From Eukaryota sp. TZLM1-RC (Eukaryota; Protista; Metamonada: BaSk clade): DNA of 64,000 nt. The notes beneath the pieces were generated by a model that saw nothing but the letters and a program-made list of their open reading frames with translations, made no database searches and was not told the DNA's origin. Where the stretch lies: contig JAUPSS010000002.1 in assembly GCA_040285825.1 (NCBI GenBank), forward strand, positions 2,914,001-2,978,000, in the 5' to 3' direction. The translations under genes and the position numbers were made by a program. Within the stretch, counting starts at the first letter, position 1, and every line of letters starts with the position of its first letter. This document shows, piece after piece, positions 41,953 through 53,216 of the stretch.

Positions 41953-44348
41953 CACTGTTGGCAGTAATTAGTCTCACTGCCAAATTAGTCTCACTGCAAA
42001 ATTAGTCTGAGTGAGACTAATTTTGTCCAATGACCATCCAAAATCGTTTTTGTGAGACTAATTTTGTCCTGAGTTTCATAAACATTTTTCCAGTACTTTT
42101 TTCGAAAACTTATAAAATTTTGTACCAATCATTTTCTATTCATTTTTTCTCTTACTAATGAACGGTCTTTTCTCGGATTCTCCTCTCGTACAATCTTTTG
42201 CACGGGCTCAATGCTCTAGCACGGCTCACACTACACCTCCTTCTGCAGAAGTAGATACCTCCACTCCTATCGTCTTACCACTTCCTGAAATACAACACCA
42301 TGATGAAAACGCTGTGTTGTCTCCCACTGCAGGAAGGAAGTGGTGGCTGAAATCAACTCCAAGAGGAATGAGAATGGCATGTCTTACGCCAAAGTAGCGA
42401 TGATGCGCTGTGGATTGGGTTTGGACGATGTTGGTAAATGGAGTGTTAAATATCTGAGTCCCCAACTTCAAGCAATTATTTCCAAATACAATGCAAACTT
42501 CAAAGGAGAAAAGCCTCCCGGTTGTTATGAAGATATCTGGGAAGATGTGAGTGACGACGATGATTTCACTGAAGTACAGGGATTCGACGATAATTCAGAG
42601 GAGGAAATTCAAGTAACCGAAGATTTCATAACACAACAGGAGATTACTAAGCTGAAGGATGAAGAAGAGGATGAATGTTATATTTTAGAATAGATTGAGT
42701 GTTTTTTATTGATAAAGATGTTGTTTGTCTGGTGGTCAAAGGAAATAAGGTCGAGACAAAATTAGTCTCACTGCAAAATTAGTCTCAGTACAGAATTAGT
42801 CTCACTGCAAAATTAGTCTGAATGATGAATTTAGATATAAAAAAACACATCAAATTTACCATTATAAGACTGTGTTTTAGTTCCAATTTTAATCATATAT
42901 TTCGATCTACAAATCCTCTCGTCACTAGACCTTTGGCTCAAAAGTTTAATGAGTTACGTGCAAAAGTTCTGTCTCAATTACTGGGATGTAAAATGTTTCA
43001 AATTGCAGATCATGCTTACCTTAGTCCACATTATGGTGGTTTAGGGTGGACGAAGGCTTCTATTCTTACCTCGTGTGCTTTTGTTGGTGGATGCAGAAAT
43101 GCAATCTTTGAGTTTTCCGAAAGATTTGCAGATTGGGAAGATTTATTGATGGCAACGCAAAGTTCCACTGTTTTTGCATTAAATGAAGAAATTTCAAGAA
43201 TTGATGTAGAAAAATGGGGTCGATGTTTTCCCCAATCATTCAATGGCAATATTCAAGAAAAAAATGTTTTAAATTTGAAGTACACTCTTCGAACATTACA
43301 GAAAAGATTGACTGGAATGTATGAAAAAGATCTTTATAATAATATTTGCAGCTCGGCTGTTTTAAATCAAGATCTTCACTCATTGTTATTGGAAAAGGGT
43401 GTTTGTGAAAACAAGGCGTCAGATTCTTCACTTTTTGTAACCATTGTACCACGAAGATTTGGATTGTGGGCCACTAATGAAGCATTTGTAACAAAAATGA
43501 GATTATATTTGAACATTCCCATTAACCAATTATTATCAAAAGAAAAATGTATTTGTTCGAATTCACCTCGACTCACTTTGCGCCATGCTCTAAATTGCTC
43601 TAAATTGATAACTTATCGTTCTTCATTACATGATGCTGTTAGAGACACTGTTTTCAATATGGCACAAACTGCAAGGATATCGTGTATCAAAGAGCCCCTG
43701 CTGAAGGAAACACTTTCTCTGAATAATTTTGGTTCTGATGATAGAGGTGATGTATACTGTGATTGGATTGATAATTCTGAAGCTATTGTTGACTTTGTCT
43801 CATGTAATGTTGCAAACGATACTTTGGTTCACAGAAAAAAACTTAATCCTGTGACTGCTCTTGATTTTAAAGCAAAAGAGAAACATAGAAAATATGATAA
43901 AGAAATTGAAGATGCAAATGTCGATAGAAATACACAGCTGGTTTTTATTGCTTTCCCATTTTCGATAAATGGAAGATTGTCAGTTGAAGCAGAAACTTTT
44001 TTGGATGACTTCCAAAAAATGGTGAAAGAAAAAACAATGAAAAGATTTGATATTTTTTTATGGCGTTCACGGATTCAATTTGCCATTATTAATAGATTAC
44101 CGCGGTTTTTCAATCGAATTAGAGAAGCTTTAGCTAGACAGCAAGCAAATCAAGATTTTGTAGAGGAAATCTTGGTTTAATGATAGTCGTCCCATTAGTT
44201 ATGATTTAATTTAATCAAGTGTGCAAATTTAATAAATACGATTAATTTCTCACTGCAAAATTAGTCTGAGTGAGACTAATATTGTCCGGAAAGCACAAAC
44301 AATTCAGTACAAAATTAGTCTGAGTGAGACCAATTACTGCCAACAGTG
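41953..44348 (+). mobile_element. Internally deleted pogo/Tc1-mariner-like TIR element carrying a nested LINE
   Basis: TA TSD; 26-bp TIR CACTGTTGGCAGTAATT(A/G)GTCTCACT; many subterminal AAATTAGTCT(CACTGC/GAGTGAG) repeats; residual ORF NGMSYAKVAMMRCGLGLD..W..LSPQLQAIISKY resembles the C-terminus of pogo-like transposases; DDE core absent. Confidence 0.8.
42821..44240 (+). mobile_element. 5'-truncated family-B CRE-like retrotransposon (452-aa uninterrupted ORF remnant)
   Basis: IRLCF..HIFRSTNP, GGLG, CICS..H..C, HDAVRD, RGDVYCD, KAKEK..KY; flanked by the duplicated CTCACTGCAAAATTAGTCTG (42801-42820, 44249-44268). Confidence 0.9.
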
Positions 44349-44354
44349 TAGTTT

Positions 44355-44950
44355 TATTCAAACGTTTCATTCCCACTATTTGGTTCAACACTTTACGTTT
44401 TTTTGACAAATTTTGAACAGGTTGTTACACAAAACACCAACAGAAACTTAACATTTATTTTGGCAGAATAGGATTGTTTTTCTGACATTAAAGGGATGTT
44501 AACGAAGGTTTCTGAAGCATTTCGTCATCCCAGATCTAACTATGACAGAGTTGTATGGAGCTGTTTACAGGAGATCGTTTGAAAGACGACACTATATTAT
44601 AACAACGACAGTGCTTCATCAAATTCAACAAGTGTATGGCTAAGCAAGAAAATTCTGCTTCTGCAACAGTTTTGATCGACTTCAAGGAGAGTTCATCTGA
44701 CGGTTTGTTGAACCAAATTCCCCAAATTTATAAATTTATGGGTTATTTTTAGATGACGGCCAATGGACCACTGCTACGAGAATGCGTTGCTACTTATGGC
44801 CTTGCAATTTGCTATTGATCTGTTTTGTAAATTTGGAGCTGGTTTGACATTATCACATTTATTCAAGTGCAACATATTTATTTCTTATTGTTCATCTATG
44901 CATGATGCTGTCAGGAATCAAATCCAGCAATGTGTAATTCTTGTCATGCT
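44355..44950 (+). mobile_element. Rearranged degenerate CRE-like fragments
   Basis: WQNRIVF 3' piece followed by a QWTTA..CKFGAGLTLSHLFKC..HDAVRNQ piece. Confidence 0.65.
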
Positions 44951-45289
44951 GACAAGCGAGTTAATATCCAAGTGAATTGCGAAAATCTCCCTTCACTCAA
45001 TTGATGGGGTTTGAGTAGGTGAAAGCATTAGTTAAGGTTTTTGGTTGAGTTTTAAAATGTGTTTGTTCCAGGAATAAAACGGTTTTTACGTAAAAAAATC
45101 TGATTACGATTCCTGTTTATTGGCACTTTAAAAATTTAATCCAAACAGATTTTTACAAAATCTCATTAATAATTGTATCTTGCTTAAGAAAAAACAATCG
45201 ATAAAAAACGAGTCTTCATTGAAATTAATGACAAAATTACGTGATCATTTTTTAAACGATTTTTATTTTTATTTTTAAAACTACAATCT

Positions 45290-45690
45290 AAAAATCAATA
45301 TCTTCAAAACAAGCTTCCACACCATCAAACCGTACTACAGCAAGGTTTTCGTAATGTGCACTGACAGTCATCAACAACATTCAAGACATCATCAAATGAG
45401 GGCACAACTACATCAGCACGTCGTTATCCATATTCTGAATCTCTTACGTTTCATTTATATCCAGAGACCTCAACAAAGATTGTACAAATGATTCAATATG
45501 ATAGGAATTACACATTGCATGGATTTGATCTCTGACAGTATCATGCAAAGTAGAACGATAAGAAATAAATCTATTACAATTGAATAAATGTGATAATGTC
45601 AAACCAGCTCCACATTTACAAAACAAATCATTGGGCAAATTACAAGGCCATAAATAACAACGCATACTCATAGCAGTAGTCCATTGAAAT
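45290..45690 (-). mobile_element. Degenerate CRE-like fragment with an internal deletion
   Basis: QWTTAMSMRCYLWPCNLP..CKCGAGLTLSHLFNC..HDTVRDQ. Confidence 0.75.
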
Positions 45691-45938
45691 AAAAGATGGG
45701 TTTGAAATATGAAAAAGGTTGAGTCAAGGTTTGTATTCGACATTTGTTTTGACTGTGTTCAAGTCAATGGTTGGAAAAGTAGCAGAAAGTAATTACTTAT
45801 AATCTTATGTACGTATCCGATTGATATTGTGATTAATTGGCAGAATATGTAGGTTTAATCAAGTTCAAGGTAATGAAATTTGGGTCAATGTATCATTGTT
45901 AAGTTGCTTTAATGTGGTTTTTCAGTTGATCCACAAAT

Positions 45939-46086
45939 GGCTTTCTGGTCATACAAACCACATTCTTGACCAATTGCCAAAGGATTTCTGTCCATACAAA
46001 CCGAACTCTTGACCAATTGCCAAAGGATTTCTGTTCATACAAACCACACTCTTGACCAATTGCCAAAGGATTTCTGTTCAAACAAA
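45939..46086. repeat. 43-bp tandem repeat, about 3.4 copies
   Basis: Unit GGATTTCTGTTCATACAAACCACACTCTTGACCAATTGCCAAA, head to tail with no spacers. Confidence 0.92.
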
Positions 46087-46206
46087 AGGTAAACAAAACA
46101 ATTACAGGAATAATATAATTTAAATACTTTATATATTTAAAAACCAAACACAACACAAGTTAAACTATGATACAAAAAAGGAAAAATAAATAAACCCTAA
46201 TAAACC

Positions 46207-46794
46207 CTAACCCAGCATACTCCACAACTTGGAATTCTTTAACAAATCTGGCTCTGGAGCTACTGTACGTTTTCCTTTTCTTGGTCGATCTCCGCCTGTT
46301 CTTTTTCTTGATCCAGACGTGCGTTTCCTTGGAACGGAGGTGACTTCTGGTAGAGATGAGAAATCACCATTAGGAGAAAGAGGTATTCTGACAGATGACG
46401 CGGTGGATAACACAGACTCATCATCCAGTGGTTCATCAGGTAAAATCATGGGAGAAGTATTGGTAGACATATCTCGTTGATCTATAAATGCATCAGTGAA
46501 TGCATCACTCTTGCCTAGGGTAACGATTTGGGATTGTTTCTCGGCAAAAACATTTTCAATGTTGTCTATACGTTGCGTAATGGACTCTGTGAAGGATTGA
46601 AGACGATCACACTCAAATTTGTCTGCACGTTGAACAAGGGATTCTGTCAAGGATTGGAGGCGATCACACTCAGCTCGTAGACGTTTGTTTTCACAATTGA
46701 CTGAGTTGCACTTATGAGAGAGAACATGTTCTGTGTAAATAGCAAGATGTGCAGAGAAGTTGAGGAAGACCCTCATATCGAATGTAGAAGACAT
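46207..46794 (-). CDS. Hypothetical protein, 195 aa, with a duplicated coiled-coil segment and a basic NLS-like tail
   Basis: Intact ATG-started ORF; internal repeat ECDRLQS(L/F)TES(L/I)xQR twice; PRKRTSGSRKRTGGDRPRKGKR. Confidence 0.6.
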   Translation of the reverse strand: MSSTFDMRVFLNFSAHLAIYTEHVLSHKCNSVNCENKRLRAECDRLQSLTESLVQRADKFECDRLQSFTESITQRIDNIENVFAEKQSQIVTLGKSDAFTDAFIDQRDMSTNTSPMILPDEPLDDESVLSTASSVRIPLSPNGDFSSLPEVTSVPRKRTSGSRKRTGGDRPRKGKRTVAPEPDLLKNSKLWSMLG

Positions 46795-46879
46795 CGGCTA
46801 ATAGCACAAAAATGTCAAATAGTAGCAACCCGTTGAGATTACTGAAGATGAAGATGAATCAAGTTGATCTTTTCAATAC

Positions 46880-47360
46880 TTAAGGTCTTTCATTTCCTTT
46901 AATATACTCATCCACAACATGAATCATATCAAGAACAGCATTGACATTACGATTCCATAGACGTCCACACTTCTTGCAAGTGAGTAGTCCACGTCTAAGG
47001 ACCATTAGAGTCTTTGGTCTCCTATAAGGTCTTGGGTTAGGTACTCGATGTTTCTTTACATTTTCACCTTCTTTCCCCTCGAGTACACATGTATGACATC
47101 GACAACTTGCTCTGTATTCATCCAGCAGCAATGGAAGAAAGTTACTTTTTTTGAACATCTTCGATAACCAACATTCTTTGTAGGTGCTTGATGTTTAAAA
47201 TTGGTTTGCTTCCGATCACCCATCACTACAATGTTATATTTTGGATATCCAAACTTATTTTCAAATACATTCATCCATTTTGCTTCAAACCTCTCTGTGG
47301 CAACGAATCTTCGCAGTTATATGACTCGCAATTCTTTGTTAAAGTAAAAAGCTCCAACAT
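46880..47360 (-). pseudogene. Second Fanzor1 fragment (RuvC-II, zinc finger, RuvC-III region)
   Basis: FENKFG..VMGD..KHQAPTK..LLDEYRASCRCHTC..NPRPYR..GLLTCKKCGRLWNRNVNAVLDM..GNERP. Confidence 0.85.
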
Positions 47361-48115
47361 GGAGACGCCTTCGATGTTTTATTTGGCCCAATTACGTGCC
47401 TCATTATTTGATTTGCAAATGTGGATCAAAAATTTCTCCAAATCATTTGTTTAACTGTAAACATTTTATTACTTTTCGATCAAAAGTCCATGATGCAGTT
47501 AGAGATCAGCTCTATTGTTTGTCTAAATTTCACACAATTGTCTCCTATTTGGAACCATTACTTTCTCGTTTGGTTGATGAAGATACTGTGAATTCTTTTT
47601 TTTGTCGTAACAGAGGTGATTTAATGCTTGCAGGATTTGATGGCACTACTATCTTTAGATCAACTGATGTGTGTATTAATTCTTTCATACCATTAGCTCA
47701 GTCAAAACACAAGAAACCGCTGTCTGTTGCCGAAAATTCTAAAACTGATAAATATAGAGCAAAGTTGGTTTCCTTGAATGCTGAATCTCACACTCATTGT
47801 GTCCTTTGTCCCTTTGCTTTTTCCTTACATGGTACGCTTGGACCAATTGCTTTATCTTTTTTGGATGATTTTATTGAAATTGTAGAACAACGTACATGAA
47901 GAATTTTTGACAAAACGTTTTGACACAACAGAAATGTATTTTCAATTTTTAAAGGTGTTGTTCCGTTATTGTTTTCTGCTTTATTATCTCTTGGTCGCTT
48001 TTATGAAGGAAAAATTTTCAGTCAATTCTTGTTGGCTGATTTGGGATATGAAGATTTAGAATTTTAATTTTTTTGTTTAGTTTCATGAAAGGAATAAATT
48101 AAATTTAAAAATAAA
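47361..48115 (+). mobile_element. 5'-truncated CRE-like retrotransposon (further family), interrupting the second Fanzor
   Basis: LRCFIWP, CKCG..HLFNCKH, HDAVRD, RGDLML, AENSK.DKY; AATAAA tail. Confidence 0.82.
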
Positions 48116-48119
48116 CTAG

Positions 48120-48285
48120 ATTTATCTGGGATCAAAATTCTGTAAATTGCATGTGTGTCCGAGAAACCATGCCCAGGTATATCAGAGGTCTGAAGTGGAA
48201 ATAACTTCGTCTTAATTGGATGTGACCGTGGCAATTTCAAATAATATAAGCAAAAACAATAATAATCAATGAATTTCAACAATGT
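48120..48285 (-). pseudogene. Probable upstream piece of the second Fanzor
   Basis: KLFPLQTSDIPGHGFSDTHAI aligns with PLKNSCIPSYSRIDKT of the first Fanzor. Confidence 0.55.
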
Positions 48286-50189
48286 CTAAACCAAAATTGC
48301 ATTAAAAGTAATTTAGAAAAACATAATACATTGACTAACACTAAATATCTTTGACAAAACAGTTCCTGCCACCAAGACCATTGTAGTGTCGGTCTTGAAC
48401 ATAGTTTGGCCCATCTAGTTGGGCAAATCCCACACTGTTCGAGAAATGTCTGTTATGCTACAGCAAATAATGGCACCAAAAAGTATAGTCTAGAGCAGAG
48501 CATATTTTCAATGCTACCATCGATCTTAAAAACAAAAGAAATTGTACGACAATTGAAGAATGTCAAATTAATCAAATACCACTTTCATTTTTCAATTTAT
48601 TTAGTCTGAGAGAAAAACTATCCGTACATTGAACAAAAAATCAAAACATTAATTCAATTGTCTTCAGAAGTTCTTTAATATGTCATTATGCTTAACTAAA
48701 AATTAAGGGCAATGTAGATTCTATAGATGAAGCAATTTCTGAACAACAATCAGATTACAATGATGGAGAAACCCAAATATTACTAAATAAGGGGGAAAAG
48801 ATAAACAAATTTCTGCCGTGAAACAAAGATGAAAATTTGGTTATTGCTTGATTCTGAATAACACTGTTCAAGAAGACTATCACCTTGCCTCAAACAAACT
48901 GCTATCAATAACCAATATTCAATATTTATACCATGTATCAAAGTTCCTATAGAAGTTTGTGAAATCAGTTTTATGAATTCTACACCTCCTCCATCAAATG
49001 ATTGAATTTCATGTACCCAGTATTTGTTCTAAAAAGTTCTGATCCAGTTGTCTTCTATGAATCGTATATAGTATTCGGTTGAATACAATAGTAATCTGTT
49101 GATTACTTGGGAACATCAAAATGCAAACCTTGAACCCTCTTGTTGAATTTTTCTGAACGGATGCTATTTCTAAATACTTCAACTTTCCCAGAGTTATTCT
49201 GTGATAAAGTGATCAACGGCTTTCATTCAATTGATTATTGCCATTGGGATTGTTTCAGGCTTATCAAAATTTACTGCGCGTCATCAGTTGTCATTTTCGT
49301 CCTTTATAGGTTATCAGAGTAATTATATGATAAACAGATGTTAATGCAATAACTCTAAACAGAAACCATTTCCAAATAATTCAAAAAATAAATTGCAGCT
49401 GACATATTTTGTTTTAAATTATGTCTATCATTTTGTATTGACAACAATGAATACATCATATTATATATAGTTCATTATTCTGAGCAAGCACATTAAATCT
49501 CTTGACACTAGCGAAATAACTGTTTGATTTTGTGGCTTTTGGACTTTTGAAATCAACTCATCAAGAACGTTACCAAACCACAAATCACGTTTTGAAAATC
49601 AATGGAGCACCTTGAAGTCCTCAATTTAATGTGATTTAAAGGGCATAAAAAAATTGATGCTTTCTGAATAATGTTCAATTTACGAGCACTATTTGTATTG
49701 GATCATATGATTTATTCACAATTTTTCTTAAGCTTCAACCTGTCAAAATATATTCTTCAACATCTAATGACCAAAAACAATCAACTTATCTTTTGATTCA
49801 ACCAAGACAAGAGCAACCAACAATCTTAGTTGCAACACAATAAAACACAGTCATCTGTAATGAATTAATCAGTAATTCGTTGGCAAAAATGTCAAAGATA
49901 TGTGCAAAATGTTTTTCACTACCAGGAAGTAATTTTCTTCTGTATGCAGCAAGTCCACAACTGAATACTGTTTTTGCATATAATCTTTATTATATCTTTT
50001 CATTGTCTCCAACCAACTTGATTTGCCTGTTTGTGTTCCAATAAATGTGATATTTCAGCTCCAAACATTCGAATTTTGTTGACTATTTTAAGATTGTGTA
50101 GTTTTGAAGATGCAGATGCTCTCGAGTTGGATTTTTGCCAAAATCCAAACCAGCACGCTAAAAAAAATATTTTAATTGAAAAACAAACA

Positions 50190-51542
50190 CTATAGTAATG
50201 AACAACATCCAATGGTCACTGTCTCATGATCATTATTGACTTCTCCTTTATTGGAATTTGGCCAAATTGAACCGTTATGTCTTATAGCATTATGTCCTGA
50301 GCAATGAGCTGGATGATCAGGTTTGTTTTCTATACAATTTTCATCAGGATCAACTTCCTCCAATTCCACAACAACCTCATGTTCTCCAATCACACTTTGA
50401 AGATTCTGCTTGACTTCATCTAACTCTTGAAATTGATTGAAGTCACCCATCACCGCTTTGGCTAATAAACCACCCATAGCTACATCATTTGCCGGGTCCA
50501 GTATGGGCATAATTGAAAAGTGATGTCCAATACTGCGGAAAACGTCATAGACTGAATTAAGATGGACAAGTCTACCAGTGGGAACGACCTTGTCAATGCA
50601 AATTCCCCTTGTTTGTATTGATTGAAAGACAACTACTAATTCAGAACGAAACTTTTTGAGTAAATTTTTCATCAAATGTTGCATTTTTTCCCAAGAAAAT
50701 GGTAGATCAAGGTCGTAACCTCGAATTAAGTCATCTACTACAATTTCTTCAAGGTAACACAACGTTTTTACTTTGGAGCAAGCTTTCCAAAGTTTAACCT
50801 TGGATTTCTCAGTCAGTTGGTCCTTCATTTGTTCAGGAACGTTCTCCACGCAATAATAGTAGATTTTCTCATCAATGTTCCTTCCTCCAAACCAAAATTC
50901 ATGCTCAACCAACACTTTGAACTGTCCTTCCTTATGTTGGAACACCACCAAGTTGGTCACTGCTTCACCTACGTCAATAATGGCGACTGTCTCTTCTCTA
51001 GAACTATCTAATGATTTGTACAAAAATGAGTGAATCAGGGCAAGTGTTGTGGGGACGAAACATTCCACTGGCAGTTTGTTTTCGCTAAAAGCCGTTTCCA
51101 ACATCTTCTTGTTTTGAGCAAGAGCCTTGGGAAGAACAATTCTGATTCTTAACGTAGATTTTGGCAATAAAGCGATCAATTCATCCTTGATGTGACTAAC
51201 AACAAGGTTGAGCATTTCCTGATGTGAAAAGGTCTTGCATTCGTCAGCTGAGTTGATCCTAAAGAAGAACTTGTTGTCTCTAACAGTGACATTGTTGGCT
51301 AACGTAGAATTTGGAGGGAGAACACCATCGATCAGATGGGTAACAGCAACGAAGGAGTTGATTGCATGCTTTGCTACCTTCCTTTCGGCATCTTGACCCA
51401 TAAACGTTTCTCCACGATCATGAACTAGCAAATTTGAAAGGAAATTCTGTCCATTTTTGAGTTGGAGAACCTTGAGCTGATTGTCATGCTGCAATGCCAA
51501 AGTAATGGCACTAGCACCAATGTCTATGGAGAGGAGTAACAT
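50190..51542 (-). CDS. Degenerate Hsp70-like nucleotide-binding-domain protein (probable pseudo-ATPase) with C-terminal CC-SLL (CaaX)
   Basis: SIDIGAS, AIIDVGEA, FGGRNIDEKI, KL..ACSKVK and DPANDVAMGG indicate an actin-like/Hsp70 fold; NEPTA and GGGT motifs lost; ends IGCCSLL. Confidence 0.75.
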   Translation of the reverse strand: MLLLSIDIGASAITLALQHDNQLKVLQLKNGQNFLSNLLVHDRGETFMGQDAERKVAKHAINSFVAVTHLIDGVLPPNSTLANNVTVRDNKFFFRINSADECKTFSHQEMLNLVVSHIKDELIALLPKSTLRIRIVLPKALAQNKKMLETAFSENKLPVECFVPTTLALIHSFLYKSLDSSREETVAIIDVGEAVTNLVVFQHKEGQFKVLVEHEFWFGGRNIDEKIYYYCVENVPEQMKDQLTEKSKVKLWKACSKVKTLCYLEEIVVDDLIRGYDLDLPFSWEKMQHLMKNLLKKFRSELVVVFQSIQTRGICIDKVVPTGRLVHLNSVYDVFRSIGHHFSIMPILDPANDVAMGGLLAKAVMGDFNQFQELDEVKQNLQSVIGEHEVVVELEEVDPDENCIENKPDHPAHCSGHNAIRHNGSIWPNSNKGEVNNDHETVTIGCCSLL

Positions 51543-51617
51543 TGATGATACCTAAATGTGGTGATCTCTTTTTGGTGATATCGTAAAATTTAACAGTTGG
51601 TCATCTTGCTCGTTTCC

Positions 51618-53216
51618 ATGTCCATAACACTGGGAATAGACTTGGGTACAACCAACACGTGTGTAGCTGTTCATCGGCAGAAGCGTTCACCTAATGGAGG
51701 AATGGTGTATTCCACAGATGTACTTACTGACAGAAGTTCGGGACAGAAACTAATTCCATCAATGGTCGCATTTCACAAAGGACAAGAGAGTGTTGGAGTT
51801 CAAGCTAAGGAAGGTCGCAAGAAGAATGCGGTAAACACTGTTTTTGAAGCCAAAAGGTTTATTGGCAGACGTTACTCGGATCGAGTCGTTCAGACAGCCA
51901 CTGAAACCACCAGATATCCTTTCAAGATCACTAAAGATGGAGTGTTTTCCAACAATGTAGCTTTTGAAGTAACCCATCAAAACCAAAAAATCAAATTGAG
52001 ACCAGAAGAAGTTGCTGCAAAGGTGCTTTCTTATGTTCGCGACTATGCAAGTCATGCTCTAGGTGTTCCATCAATCACCAAGGCCGTCATCACAGTTCCC
52101 GCATATTTTGAAGACTCTCAACGCCAAGCAACAATGGCTGCTGCCAGAGCTGCTGGTTTCCAAGAGGTTCGCTTGATCAATGAACCAACAGCAGCTGCAT
52201 TAGCACTGAAGGAGGAAGATCCAACGACAATTGGTAAACGTGTTTTAGTGTTTGACTTTGGAGGTGGAACGTTCGATGTTTCCATTGTAAAAATTGAGAG
52301 GGAAGATGTCACAGTCTTGGGAACTCACGGAGCTACAGACCTCGGGGGAGCAGATGTGGATCATGTCCTTATGCAATTTTGTGAGAAGAATTGGGCCGCA
52401 GATTCAGATACCAATGATGAACCTACTGGTAGAAAGAAGGAAATGCTCAGAACGGCTATTGAACAGGCAAAATGTGCCCTTTCTGGTAGATCTGAAACTG
52501 AAATTGAAGTGGAAAACTTTGCTGGAGATGAAGACTTGAGGGTTTTGCTTACTCGAAATCAACTGGACTCACTATGTCAAACCCTATACGCTAGAACAAT
52601 GTCAGTTGTTGATGAGCTTTTGAGAGACTTGAAGCTCAAAGCGTCACAAATTGATGTAGTACAATTAGTTGGAGGGTCAAGTAGGATCCTTAAGGTTCAG
52701 GAGCTTTTGAACAAAAAGTTTCCATTAAAGGTGCGGCGTACTGTGAATCCAGACGAGTCGGTGGCTGCTGGGGCCAGTGTTCTGAGTTTGCACTTGCTTA
52801 ACGATGTGAACCCCCATAGTTTGGGTATAAGGGTGGTTTCTAAGTCACCAGTTTCTGAAGTTAATACAATGAGTGTCCTTATCCCACGGAACTCTCGTGT
52901 CCCAGGCCGGTTCTCTGGTACCTACCACACTATTCACGACAATCAAACAAGGATAAGTGTGGATGTTTATCAAGGCGAGGCATCAATTGTGTCACTCAAT
53001 CACTTGCTAGACAAGTTTACTATCACGGATCTTCCCAAATTGCCGGCAGGCAAAGCTAGTATTGAGGTATCAATGATTGTGGATTCCGATGGCATTCTCC
53101 ATGTAACTGCAACAGATCGGTCTTCTTCCTCAAACACAGACACCATCAAAATTGAAAAGATCAGAAACCAGTTCAACATTAGCAAGGGAGAGCTTGCTCC
53201 ATCAAAGCACAGTTAA
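51618..53216 (+). CDS. Divergent Hsp70 lacking the helical lid and EEVD (copy 1)
   Basis: GIDLGTT, EAKRFIG, TVPAYF, INEPTAAAL, DFGGGTFDVS, VGGSSRI, NPDE, DVNPHSLGI, VYQGE, DSDGILHVTA; stops just after SBD-beta. Confidence 0.92.
   Translation: MSITLGIDLGTTNTCVAVHRQKRSPNGGMVYSTDVLTDRSSGQKLIPSMVAFHKGQESVGVQAKEGRKKNAVNTVFEAKRFIGRRYSDRVVQTATETTRYPFKITKDGVFSNNVAFEVTHQNQKIKLRPEEVAAKVLSYVRDYASHALGVPSITKAVITVPAYFEDSQRQATMAAARAAGFQEVRLINEPTAAALALKEEDPTTIGKRVLVFDFGGGTFDVSIVKIEREDVTVLGTHGATDLGGADVDHVLMQFCEKNWAADSDTNDEPTGRKKEMLRTAIEQAKCALSGRSETEIEVENFAGDEDLRVLLTRNQLDSLCQTLYARTMSVVDELLRDLKLKASQIDVVQLVGGSSRILKVQELLNKKFPLKVRRTVNPDESVAAGASVLSLHLLNDVNPHSLGIRVVSKSPVSEVNTMSVLIPRNSRVPGRFSGTYHTIHDNQTRISVDVYQGEASIVSLNHLLDKFTITDLPKLPAGKASIEVSMIVDSDGILHVTATDRSSSSNTDTIKIEKIRNQFNISKGELAPSKHS

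Noticed and set aside
45939-46086. Possible CRISPR-like array near a Fanzor
   Set aside because: Units are contiguous 43-bp tandem copies with no unique spacers.
46192-46213. Telomeric CCCTAA repeats
   Set aside because: Only two interrupted copies; not an array.
48600-49950. Coding-like AT-rich stretch upstream of the second Fanzor
   Set aside because: No sustained frame or motif could be recovered by eye; left unannotated.
51597-51617. MVILLVS N-terminal extension (signal-like) on the Hsp70s
   Set aside because: It comes from a TTG start in the ORF track; the first ATG gives the canonical MSITLGIDLGTT start.
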